DNA from: Ophelia neglecta
Taxonomy: Eukaryota
DNA length: 64,000 nt
Direction: 5' to 3'
Assembly: GCA_965285935.1 (NCBI GenBank)
Contig: OZ260662.1
Location: forward strand, 88,970,001-89,034,000
Shown in pieces: positions 13,501 through 26,071 of this stretch. Numbering within the stretch: the first letter of the stretch is position 1; the number at the start of each line of letters is the position of its first letter. Below the pieces are notes generated by a model that saw only the letters and a program-made list of their open reading frames with translations, did no database searches and had not been told where the DNA came from. The position numbers and the translations under genes were made by a program.

Positions 13501-16012
13501 TCCATCAGTGTGGACACGTGACCTAGGCCTATATCAGACGTGCGTCTACAGATGGCTATTGGCGAGATTGTCATCTATAAAAAATCATGCCTGTCGGAAC
13601 TCATTGGCCTATACCGATACAACGTAGAGAGGAACGATGCAGCAATACAGATACATGTATGTTGCAGACATTAATGTGTGCTCGATGTAGAAATTTAAAG
13701 AAAAAATCATGATGGTTACTTGGCATAAATAAAGGAAATACCACTTCGCATTTGCATTAAACCATAATATTCTTGCCATTAGACAAAATAATGTATGTTA
13801 TTCGTGGGTCGCTGGCATTAAGCAATGTGCTATAACTGTTATACTAGAGCAGATACGCCAAGATTTCCCGATCCTCTGTACACATATAGTTATATGTACA
13901 ACTCGTGTGTCCATCATATGGTGAGCTTTCTCTTGTCTCAATCGGTCTACTGTCTCGTCTGCTGGAGATAGCGTCGGGATGAGAATCTCTTTCTCGCCTC
14001 TCGTGTCATTGATATGTGCGCCAAGCGGTGTAGGATGGTTATTATACACATTATAGTGATTTATTTCCCGGCCACCCCAATATTAAGTGGAAAATTGTCC
14101 TTTGTCAGTTCCTGGAATCTTGTTTAGTATTAACGCCTCAACCCAATTACTCATCACGTTCTTCTCTCCAGGTTACATGCAAATATTCTTTTGGCTTTTG
14201 GCCTTTTCAAACGACTGGTCGTAGCTTTCAGCAGTGCATTTTAGGAAATAGCTTCCACGCGACACGTATACGAATGAAACCCCTATGTGACGCTGTTTCG
14301 TGCCAAATGACATTTGAGGCCGGTACCTAGTGCAATAGATACAAACAGTAGCTAGTTTTCAGGATGCAAGGAAATAGCAGCATGCATGGAAACGACTAAT
14401 TTCTGCCGATGCATTATACTCGCCGGCGCCGCCTTTTTATAAGGTGCAGAACAAAACACGGCGATTCGTTAGTACCCGGAAGACCATCAGCAGTTCATTT
14501 CAGACACCCAACCTGACTGTTAGTCATAGGTCGCGAAGAGATCTAAATATCTTATTCAGTATTGTTTGCTAATGCGAGAGAGATTATGTTGTTCCTAAAG
14601 CCCACCCTTTTCGCTAACAGGCTAAATTGAGCGATATCTTACAGGGGAAAGCTGGTTTCGGAGATGAAAGTACTCGGTTTATCCGTGACTTGGTACAAGG
14701 GAGCTGTTTCTGCCTTGATATGTCCCCCGGGAGGAAGTAGTTAATCTTCTGGTGGGGAACTCGGCTGGAAAATGGAGAATGGAGTTCTTTTTAAAAGCCG
14801 CAACCATGTTAAGCCTCCTGACTTACTCCAAGACTGATGTATACAGATGGCTTTAGCGTCATAATATACTGTAGACTACTGTGTTGTTACCCGTTTATGT
14901 CCCCGTTTAGGGCTAAGTTTAAGAATGTCCAATAATTATTCCAGCAAATATGTACACTTGTGAATAAACATACAAGGAGGCGTGTATGCATGGAATTCAT
15001 GTAATATTCCTAAAGGGAATACGCTGTCCCATGTTAATCATATCGCTGGCCTGTTCCCTAGTTTAAGCCTTATACTTTGTAAGCCTCGTTTTGGCCAATG
15101 TGTGAGAAATAGAAAGAATCAGCAAGAGCTTTGACGATAAACAAGAATATGACTGTCCCACTGATTTACATGTGTTTACTTTTTGTGCTAGGATGTAGTT
15201 CTCACACGGACTATAGATTTTATAATATTTTAGGTACCATTTATTGAAATGATCGCCCTGCGATTTTAAAGCAGTTGTCGTGTAGGTTGAACTCGATAAA
15301 CAAACGCATACTGGAGAGGCCTTCTCATGACGGGTTATTGTCATGGAGATGACCGATTTTCCAATTCATCTATTTAACATACAAATTCTGCCGGGAAAAT
15401 GAACCCGCACAATCATGCTGTACAAAAGAAAGACGAAAGAAGAATAAAGTTTATGAATCAACCAATTCGGGATTTTGTCAGGGTTATTCATTGTATATAT
15501 GAATGGTATTACCAGGGTTCCAGCATAATATAATAGGCGATAAAATTGTATAAGCAAGTGTAGGCTATGTATAGGCCATAGAGTGAACCATATTCGGTGG
15601 TTGGCCCAGCGGGCTTGTAGCTTTTCATAAGTCAAGGCCTATGGCTGTTCTCATTAGTTCCCATGTGTACGAGTAACGGTATCGCCTTGCAATGATAGCC
15701 TCTAGCAGAGTAAAAATATATGTTAAACACGCTTTAGGATAGCTCAATAAAATGAATTTGTAGCTAATTATATTAACAATTGGGTAACAATTATTTAAAC
15801 ACGCCTTCACCAGCTCGATTTTTCAGCATATGCAATTGAAAGTGTTTACCCCTTTAAACACTGTACATTCCATTTCCTTTTTTTTTCAGCAAGTAGTACC
15901 TCAAAATGAAATTTTACTAATTTAATTTAAAAATACCATATAATATTACATCAATTACAAAATAAGATAAACTATTCCACGATCAACTGCTATGATAATT
16001 ACTGAAAAAAAT

Positions 16013-16160
16013 AAATGATTATTAACACAGGAATTGCCCGGACAGTGTATATTTATCTCAGAAAAAACACAATGTATGATAGCTCATTAATATCAATTTG
16101 AAGCTAATTTTATTAAAATGAATGATTATTAACACAGGAATTGCTGTGACAGTGTATATA
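16013..16160. repeat. Imperfect direct duplication (about 38 bp, about 108 bp apart)
   Basis: aatgattat(t)taacacaggaattgc..gacagtgtatat occurs at about 16014 and 16121. Confidence 0.7.
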
Positions 16161-18610
16161 CTCCATGATTGGCCATATGCAAACTCTGTTGTAGGCTTAA
16201 CCAGTTGTGCTTTTCGGATTGTTATCAGTGTGCTGCAAGTTTATACTGCACACGTGGGCTTTTCCTACTCACTGGGCCACGTGACAGGCTCGACGAATCA
16301 GGGCGCTTTGAGAATTCGCCTTACGCGATCGATGGCGGGAAAGACCCATTCGAGTTGTAAACACGCCAAAGCTAGGGCAACTAGGTAACTTATAAGTCAA
16401 GTACTGATTTCAAACATTAAAAATCAATATAGTGTTAAGTTTTATTTTATATGAAAATGACATTCAAGCGCCTCGGAGTATAATGAGATCTTGTGATTTT
16501 TTAGACAGATACAATGTTGAATCTATGGTACTTATTTTGTAATTTGTTTTAGTCTGATTCCATTAAGTCTTCTCTGACACCAGAAATTGTATTTGTAGGG
16601 TAAGGCCTAGGGATCGTCATGGAAGTAGGTTTTCATAAAGCTTCTGACCTCATGTGCATATATGCATACATTTTACAACTCAGTGTTATAGTTGTGAAAC
16701 AAGGGGTTGCAGGTGCTATATTGTGTGTAATCTATAACTCAATCAAGATAGGCTGATAGTTAACTTTTACCGATAACCGGAAACAGGTCAAATATCTTGT
16801 TTTAATCTGAAAAAACAGACGAGTCATTCTTCAATCATCTTCAGTGACATGATAGAAATATTGATAGGATACGGTAGGTATTAAAGACATGATAAACTGG
16901 TATTTAAAGAAATCATTGTTACTGCAAAAGAAACACACTGCCCTGTTTTTCAGATAAAAGTCCCTCTGCAGGAGGAATTCCATCATTTTGGACAGGTTGA
17001 CTTTAAGGCCAGCCTAGCATGGGATGTAGGTGCCTTCAGTCACCAGTAATCGTTACCGCTCGGGTCGCCGACAACACATACTGAAGGGTTATCCTTTTAT
17101 CCACCTAATAATGGTTTCTGGCCTCGCTGCTCGTACATCTTGAGGGATTCCCTAGCATTGCAATTTAATGCCAAGCAATTTGTCACTGCTAGTGTTCTAT
17201 GTCAACACAGTTTCTATAATATTGTCCCCAGAAGGTCGAGCTTATAAGAGCAAAACTTGGTTAATTTCCGGTTTAAATTCATAAACTAAACAGGAATTGT
17301 TAGTGTAATGTGTTTAATGCTAGGTAAATGGGCAATTCCTTGTGCGTGTTGACTTGCCTTTGGAGCATATTTCACACATAGCTTTCATATTGCATATTAA
17401 AAGCTTGTAAACAAACGCTATATACAGACCTATATGGCTTACAAATGCATTATTAAATGATGCTGCCACACACGCTTTGAAAGACATCTTCATTAAACCT
17501 CGAACATTAACATGACAGAAAACTCCCAGTTTATAGCCTGATGCCGAGCCTGTAGTCTTATCAAACTATGATACACCATGGTTTGGCTCCCATTAATATT
17601 CTGTCAAACAAAGAGGCAGCTGGCTCTGACCAGGAAGCAGTTACATCGAGCAATCGATAATATTTACCTTAGGGAGCGAGGCGTCGAAAATCTCATCTTC
17701 TTCAATTACATCACCAAGATCACAAGCGGCCCTTAGCGGCCACCAACCAACAAATAAAAATAAATCTTGTGAATTCCAGCGGTACTGTCACTACAAAGTC
17801 TGTCGAAATAAAGTAACATTGTAAAACTAGATTTCATTGGATAATAATTGATGAACACTTTATATATACTAAGTATTGTTCTCTAAACAAAAATACTAAT
17901 ATTAGACATGGCTTAGAGGGGAGGGGAGAAGAGACAGTCTGCAACCGTATTTAGCGAAAAGCGCATGATATCATGAAAGGACGGTGCTTATATTTCCAAT
18001 GCCTTAGGCAAATAAAGTTGGCATTTACTCCGAAACACAGAGTAATATGCCTGTATGTGTTGTTTGCCATCTTTAATAAATTAAACCATTGATGTTTTTT
18101 TCTATGCCAGCCAACTGTCTACTTATAAGAAAGTTTAAAATTACATTGTTGCTACCTTACTACGGAAAAAAAGCCAAGTGTATTAAATATGCATAGCGCC
18201 CGAATTGACCATGATATTTCTCAGGTAAACGCCAGCTGTGTCCACCTTGTCAAGATGTAGAGTGTTATCAAATTTGCTCCCCCCCCCCTACTCTCGCACT
18301 TGCCCCTATATGACCAAATATGTTTGTTGAGCTAAGGAAGCACCAGGGGGGGGGGGGGCTGTTTATGCCGCAGATATAACTTCGGACTCGGACACTTGCT
18401 GCTAGCGAAAGTTGGGCCATGACAACGACACAATATTGTCACATTGCGTTATTAATTATAACAAGTTGTTAGAATCTGTAATTGCCAAACATTGGAAGAA
18501 TCTTGTAATCAATGTATAATTTGTAATATAATCTATATATCGATAATGCCCATTTATGTTATTGTTTCGATATATGTCTTAAACTATTAATGGTCCATTT
18601 TCAATTTCAG

Positions 18611-18760
18611 AAAAAAATGAGACCGATTTACTTCCGGTGGTCATGTTTATCCACGGAGAGACCTATGAGTTAGGGACGGGAAATGCATACGACGGGAGCG
18701 TTTTAGCCTCGTACGGTCAAGTTCTCGTGGTCACTATTAATTACCGATTAGGGGTTTTAG
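18611..18760 (+). CDS. NLGN: Neuroligin coding exon (internal; first one visible), cholinesterase-like domain
   Basis: Acceptor tttcAG| and donor G|GTAAGT; 150 nt, phase 1-1. Translates to [49 protein letters not shown](G), matching the neuroligin [34 protein letters not shown] block. Not in the ORF track. Confidence 0.96.
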
Positions 18761-20655
18761 GTAAGTATATAGTATTATATTAGAAGTACAAGACATATGT
18801 GTTTAGTTATCTCCCAATCGCGCATTGAATGCTTTTGGCAATCAAGAATATCGAACCGCAGATGTGAATTATTGTCCAAAGTCTAATACAATTAAGGTGA
18901 AAAATATACACTTAACCGACCGTTGGAAAATGTTATAGTGAAAACAGGAATATAATTCAATAAGAAAGTGGGCAAGCCGGCAGTGAATTCCTAACTGCCG
19001 AAGTGCACCCTTAAGTCCTTAAACGCCCAGCGGGTAAAATATTGGCATAAAAGCATTGTAATTTATTACTCGCCCAGACAGCTACATCAGTTTTCCCCTC
19101 GGTAGATTTGCACTTGGAAGGTACTATACACAAGAGAAACGCCGAGGAAAGCGGTTAGAAATCCTGAGGGCATCAGCCGATATATAGGATTGTAGGTGGG
19201 CCTGTGGTTGATTGGAAACATTATCTTTCTTCGACGTTAATCATCTAGGCTAACAATATTCCATAAAAGATAAAGAAACGTTAAAAGGTAATTTTAGATT
19301 GGAGCTAGAATAGAGCCTATATACCCACGGATTGCAGGAAATGACGAAGAAAGATTTTTTTCGCTAATGGGAATTAACCGTAAAAGACTGAGTACGGTGC
19401 GAAATGATTGTTAATAAGTAATTTGAGACAAAATGACATATGTTTTTTACCTCATAGTTCAAAAATAGTCAACATTCTTGTAGTTCTATTCAGAAAAAGC
19501 AATCGTTCATGTTAAGATGCTTGTTGCAGTCTACTTGTTATTGAGGGAAGTCAAGTGAATTACAATAATGTTGTGTATTATGATCCTAATGGTTCTGATT
19601 CTGATGTTTCCAATTAGTCCCGCATTACGCATACAGTCGGAATGTTGATTAATTCCTTACATTTTACAGCCTCACTTTGATCACCGAGCTACCATGTGTC
19701 AGCAGAGCAGTAATCAAAATCCATATCTCCTTAGTTTCCGGAGATTTCAAACCAGGCCATGTATTTTAAAAAAGACATTTCTGGCCAAATGCTTGTTAAA
19801 TAACATACTGGGATTTCCAACAGTTACCGAGACTAGTGACTACTGTATTTTACGAATTGGCTAACAATTGACTGCATCAATTGTACCCCGGTTTCACCTC
19901 TAGCCGATAAAATCTATTACATTGACCAATGACATTGAATTCCCTGGCGCACACGCATAAGAGGCTTGTTGATTTATAAGCCCAAAAGGAATTATCCGGT
20001 AAACATTTGACTACGAAGCTGCTCATTTATGGGGTACAATACCCGGTGACACGTGATTAGCCTGGTCAAGTAACAGCTGACCTAATAATTATATTGACTT
20101 CCTGTATAGAAAATAGTGTAGTCGACCATTAGAACAACATTTTTCATAAGTTGTGAAGTTTACTCCTATGAGACCTATGTGTTAAGGGTTAAGGAAACAA
20201 TGATAATATTGTACTGAAATATTGCAAATGCTGAACATAGCTGGATATACCTGCGTTTTAAAGATGCTGGGGGGGGGGGATTTCCCAGTTTGTAGATAGT
20301 CATTGAATAGGTGAGATTGTAAAAGATCTAAAATCACTTTTGTCACACGAGAGCAGATGGCGTCTAATTTTTACCCGAGACCCCCGAGAACAGTCTAGCC
20401 GTACCCTGAATTCCGATGGAACCCCTCATTTGCGACAGTCAGCGTCGGATCGGTCGAGCAGAGCCTTATTAAAAGCTGTATACATAATGTGTGTCACTGC
20501 TATGGACAATTTAACCAAAAAATTCCACACATAATTATTCACACATTTATGGATTCTTCCACATCATCCAACTTGAGTGTTGATTATTAATATTTCCATT
20601 GGCAAGACTAATAGACCTATAACAAACCGAATATTATTATAAGGATTTATAATCT

Positions 20656-20830
20656 ATTCAATTCAATTCAATTTTTATTCGAGTTTCATATTATATACAA
20701 TGTACATTGATAAAAAACCTCATATGATTACAATAAATAAAAACAATGAAAAAGAAAAAAAAGTGAAAACAGCAATTAATCAATGGGACTGGAAGTCTAG
20801 GGCTTGTGTGTCCCTTCCATATAACTAAAA
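20656..20830 (-). mobile_element. 3' end remnant of a non-LTR retrotransposon (CR1/L2-group-like)
   Basis: The - strand reads ..acaagccctagacttcc.., then a T-rich UTR, then AATAAA followed directly by a (TTGAA)3 tail, a typical LINE 3' terminus. The 5' boundary is uncertain. Confidence 0.5.
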
Positions 20831-21688
20831 CCTATTATTTTGGAAAGAGCATGGCAGAATTGCGAAATAAGTAATATAAAAAGCAGTGTGTAAAAAAGAA
20901 TGGGTATTAACCCTAAAATATTATATGTAATATATGTCAATTTTAGCAGAATGGGAGGACAATAAACAATGAATGAAAAACTATGAGGTCAATTTAGGCA
21001 AAAGTGAAGTTATTGTACATTTTAAAATACTACAGACACGTTTACAAACATGCACGCATGCGCACATATTGCAGCATTCATGCACAAAAATTACCCCGTA
21101 CGAATAGGTCGATATGTATACGGACGTCCAGACAACATATATTTAACTTGTAGCCGGCGAATAACAGTGACATAATAAACTATAGCTGAACCGACTTAAA
21201 TAAGATTACTCAACACTTCTCGTTCTTTTAACAACTTTTCTGTTATGATATATAGGCTATATCCATTTCTGTCAGAATATACATTTGCGTGTAAAGGTGT
21301 CGAACTGACACGTCCTATTAGGGAGTTCTAATCTCAGGGAGACTTTTCCACCCGTCGACAGTGTTTACGGTTTTTCCCAAGGAGCACACTCACTAAATCT
21401 TCATAATGGCTCCGCCACTAGCTCCTCACGGCTAATTACTTACCATTTGAATTGTCAGTTGGACGTGGGACACATTCTCCCTTTCAGCGGATACCATGCA
21501 CATCATTTAGTCACGGTGTTAATGGTGTTTGGTTCCCCTGAGTGGAAGGGCGCCCCGACTACATTTACTACCCCTAACCATACCCGAGAGTCCCCCGGTC
21601 TTGAAAAGCCTAGTATTTTAAGCCGGGCGGTCTAAAGATATGTATATTTTATATAGGCCTAAGTATATTTTGGATCTGGTTTCGAAAT

Positions 21689-21811
21689 CCAGGTGTATTA
21701 CGTTTGCCGGTCCCTAAATCCTGGTAAATTTCGTCCCCGGGGTCTTATTTCCCTCGGGGCATAAGTCAGGGGGACTTAAAAGCCGGGGGACCAAATAATC
21801 TTATACACCGG
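21689..21811. mobile_element. Degenerate MITE with CC(A)GGTGTAT...ATACACCGG termini
   Basis: Imperfect TIRs (GGTGTAT..GGTCCC on both arms) and internal ccccgg/ccgggg sub-repeats; related sequence at 21591-21650. Confidence 0.45.
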
Positions 21812-22130
21812 CTATCACTTTTACGTTTTTTTGCTGCTGGAGAAGCTGACTTTTTTTTTATTCCTTATGGGGTTATGTATTTACCTGTATGAGAGTGGGC
21901 CTGATGTGGGAGAGGAATTATCTTTTTCGCTGAATATGTTAGTCTCCCCCTTCTCCTTCCAATCAGTAACTGCGCTAAATCTTCCCCCTCTATAACAGGG
22001 ACGCCTTTGTATGATTATTTACCCCCCCCCCCCCCGGCCTCCCTACCTTCCTTCCACCCTTCTTCTATACGCGATACATTTAAAACGCCCGCCAACAACC
22101 AACTTTGTTAATTGTTGATACGTCATACCA

Positions 22131-22700
22131 AATGTGGTGCATTTATTATCCGGGGTAGATGGCGGGTGGGGGTGTTTGCAGGTTTACATATCTTTTTTCA
22201 TACCTCACCCACTTTTGTTTCTCGAGATACGTTTGTTCTTCATATGTTGGCGAGGTGAGGTGCCGATTTTAGTTTATTCCGCTAACAAGTTTAGGCTAAA
22301 TTATTTTCGAGTCCTTCGCAGAAATTGCAAAAAAGTCTCCACCCCCCCCCCCCCCCCCCGCCCTTCCCCGAACATTCCCAGCCCAAATTCCCCCCTCGCC
22401 CTATAGAATCAAATAAATTTCCCACATAGATGCTACCAATGAAGTTGGAATAACATATTTAACGAACAACTTCATAATTACTAAGATCGTCGTTTTAACA
22501 GGTTCATGAAAGGAACATTACCTTTTAATTTTAAATTATTGACCCCTTCCCCCACCCACACCTCATCATTAAGTTCTTCCTGTCTTCACCATTTCGAGAC
22601 CAGGCCCCTATTATTATTATGTTAGTCTCACAACGCATCACCCTCCCCCGCCCCCGGCCAAGGATAAGCGCCCCCGGCCCATCAATAATGAGCACCCCTC
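22131..22700. mobile_element. Degenerate poly-G/poly-C MITE-like region
   Basis: Left end gtggtgcatttattatccgggg is loosely complementary to right end cccccggcccatcaataatgagcacccct; long C runs inside. A similar terminus (cccccggacataaataatgaacac) is at about 42310-42335. Confidence 0.35.
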
Positions 22701-22864
22701 TGGGCAATAGACGCTGTATCGTGTATTATGTCCCAACAGACACATCTTATCCGTTACCAGCTAGAGCCTTTCACCAGTAGACTAGCGAGACTGTAACACA
22801 TTGTATGGCCTCTGCTAATTATTTCTTCTCATCTTATAATTGCTGTCTTAAATTTCATTTTCAG

Positions 22865-23050
22865 GTTTTCTTAGTACAGGAGATAGTAACGCCCCGGGAA
22901 ACTACGCTCTTCTGGATCAGGTAGCAGCACTGCATTGGCTAAAAGAGAACATAGAGGTGTTTGGAGGAGATCCGAATGAAGTGACCCTTCTGGGCCAGGG
23001 CTATGGCGCGGCCATGGTCAACCTTCTTCTCATCTCGCCAGTCACCAAAG
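22865..23050 (+). CDS. NLGN: Neuroligin coding exon containing the degenerate nucleophile elbow
   Basis: ttttcAG| ... AAAG|GTAAAC; 186 nt, phase 1-1. Translates to [62 protein letters not shown](G). GQGYG replaces the catalytic GxSxG, as expected of a non-catalytic neuroligin. Confidence 0.96.
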
Positions 23051-23486
23051 GTAAACCCGCTCCCCTCCATTTTTGATCATAATTATGTCTTTCGACTGCA
23101 GCTGTTGTCAGTTGGAGCAATATGACATTTGTACGAAATGCCATTACTCAGCACTTTAACATCGCACTGCTAAACCGAGAAGCCCACATGTACATACGAA
23201 GGCCGCGGCTTCATTAATAAAATATAGTTATCGATGGAAACTATCGGTGCCGACTAGGGTTAGGCCTTCGATTTTAATTAGTGGGTTTACAAATGAGACA
23301 GTAAACATACAATTAAAGTTGAATTAAAACTGTTACAATGATACTGGGTTGGCATAATGTAAACAGTATTGAGTTAAATAGGAATTATACAATCTGAAAT
23401 TACAGAAATAAATATGTGATAACATCTCAATTTGAATTTAATATACTCCTTATCTGTCAAGAATGTGTCTTGAATCTGTTAAAATA

Positions 23487-23662
23487 TATTGAAACCTGTG
23501 AATTGAGAGCATCAAAAGGACTCGGTAATAGTGGTCTGAATATTGAGATGGTCGGTTTAGACAGTTATTTTACATTAAAAATGTGCATTATGGTAGTCAT
23601 ATAGATGGTTTGAATTGACAGGTGGTCGGAATATAGAGGTGGTTGTTAACGAAGGTTTGAAG
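23487..23662. mobile_element. Tc1/mariner (pogo-like) MITE, diverged copy
   Basis: TA-flanked; tattgaaacctgtgaattgaga...gaaggtttgaag. Colinear with the copy at 47266-47443 (shared ggtctgaat and gaattgaca motifs). Confidence 0.7.
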
Positions 23663-25266
23663 TAATTTAAGTAATGCAGTCATCTTCACAAGATGGGAAC
23701 CATACAAGTTAATGTTTTTTCATTTATTTTCATTCCATTTTTCCTAAAACAAATTACGATCTGTATTTTAAACCAACAAAAAATGTAACAGGGCATTATA
23801 TTATGCAATTCTCATATTCTAATTTCCAGATGGAAATATGTTTTCAAATGGCATCTTAGACTTTTACTATTTTTGTCAAATAACGTGCTCACATCAGTTG
23901 CTCTTTTCTAAAAACCCTTATTGATAAATGATTTTAAAGTTTAATGTATATGTTTAGCGTCTATCCCAAAGGGCGTATTACTTATGGCATCTGATTCCCT
24001 TTAGACAGATATGTGATTTATAACTAAATGCAGCCGCTGTACCCATTTATCACAGAAAATAATATTGCTTTTAAAACATCACAATAGAAAAGATTTCGGC
24101 GCAGCAGTGTCTCATTTTCTACAAATGCTGAACTGATATCAAATAAGCCAGCCCATGTCTGGAACAATCCATTGCAGGTTCATTCGTTTTTTTACTCGCC
24201 AATTCCAAGCGTTATATCCAGGGCTGTACAACACACTTAATACATTGGGCTATTTTGGAGACCGGCTATCTTTGCTCAATCGAGCAGTTTCCATATTCAT
24301 CCTATCTTGTAAATGCTGCATTAGTTGGCAGGGAGAAAGGCCTTCATGTAAAGGTCAGAGAAGATGTCTTCTTCCATGGAAGTGGGATTAGTTTCGATAA
24401 ACCGCTGTGGCTCTAGGAGGTTGTCGCCGTGTTCTTCAATCAAAGAGGGGACAAGACAGCCATAAAAAGCTACAATAAAATTAAAATAGCTTCTGATAAC
24501 CTCAGTGCTCGCCTACTCTATAATTGATTTATTTGATTTAAATGTATTTGAGCACAGTATATTGAAGCATGGCAGAAGACAGTCCGAAGACGATAATTTG
24601 ATATGTAAGTATCCTTAAAGAAAAGGATGTTGCCAATGTTTCACTCTTCCCGCTGCATAGTAACGGTTATTTCGGCTATGTGGTCTAGTAAAGCTTTGGA
24701 GAGATTTTTACTCAATTTCTCATTTATGACCTTAGCCTTTACAAACACAATGGATAGCTTTTTATAGCATCAGGTGTTGTTGATGATTCACGAGGGACTG
24801 TGTGGGTCAAGCAGGCGACAAGGTCGCATCCAAGGTCAAAGTGTACGTTCGAGAGATGCTAATGAAATGTGAGGCACGTCGGGTAGATCAGCCTCGCCAG
24901 TCTGTTATTCGGCAGCTGGGCAGCCCGAGGGTGGTGCTGTTTGTGGTCTCCGCTTTCTCCCTGATACATCACCTGACGGAAACAAATCGGCGAAGATAGC
25001 AAGCACATCAAATATACATTGGAAGAACATCCGCCATAGCGCCATTGTTAGGCTTTACCACGTGATTGATGTGGAAAGGGCTGGCAATTTTGGGCAAACA
25101 AGCTTGTGACATTCAGGTTTTCTCTGACTGCTCGCCACAAAGTCTCTCTCTATTTATATCAAGCCTGTCATGGGTCAATGTATGGCTCTTGTTGCAATGC
25201 CACTAGCTACTAGTTTTGTCTGAATGTTCATTTTCCTCCTCACCATGTCTTCTTATTTCTTTGCAG

Positions 25267-26071
25267 GTAAAGGTTTATTTAAAAGAGCAATAATTCAGAG
25301 TGGGTCTGCTCTCAGTTCGTGGGCTGTGGCGAACGACCACTTAAAATATACTAGAGAACTGGCTGATCATGTCAACTGTTCGCAGTACTGGGGACAGAGC
25401 GCCCAACTTTTATATTGCTTCAAACAAAAACCATACGAGGAGTTAATTAATGTAGATATCAACCCGCCTAAATATTTCTCCGCCTTTGGGCCTGTGATAG
25501 ACAGACGGAGTGTTCTACCGACGGACGTACGAACTCTGATGGAACAGTCACAGTCCGTGTTTGGCGACACTAACGTACTACTTGGAATAATGAAAAACGA
25601 GGGATTCCTATACTTTAATCAACAAGAAATAACCGACGAGGGGGTGTCCGAGACTAAAATGCATAAAATGATACGGACATATGTGCGAAATCTGTATATG
25701 TATCACCGTCAGAAAATCTACGAGATTCTGCTGCATCACTATAGTGACTGGGAGCAGCCAAAAGACCCTGAAATAATCCGTGACAACCTGATGGAGCTTT
25801 TAGGGGATGGTCAGTTCATCGCGCCCATGATCGAGCTCACCCAGTTCCATGCTGAGTACGCCGCCGATACGTTCATGTATAGTTTTAGCTACCCGTCTCG
25901 GCTGGACACTTACCCGCGGTGGGCGGGGGGTGTGCACGGCGACGACATGACCTACGTGTTCGGCGCCCCGCTCACCGACGGCATCGACCCATTCACCTCT
26001 ACCTTCACCCGCTCGGAGAAGATGTTGACTGAGGCGGTGATGAGGTACTGGACAAACTTCATGAAAAGCGG
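25267..26071 (+). CDS. NLGN: Neuroligin large central exon
   Basis: ttgcAG| acceptor (possible alternative AG 6 nt downstream) and GG|GTGAGT donor; 805 nt, frame consistent with neighbours. Contains LFKRAIIQSGSALSSWA, AFGPVID, KNEG, HGDD.TYVFGAP and VMRYWTNFMKSG. Confidence 0.97.

Noticed and set aside
22865-23050. Active carboxylesterase or acetylcholinesterase
   Set aside because: Catalytic Ser is absent (GQGYG), the oxyanion GGG is replaced (HGETY), and a neuroligin TM helix and PDZ tail are present.
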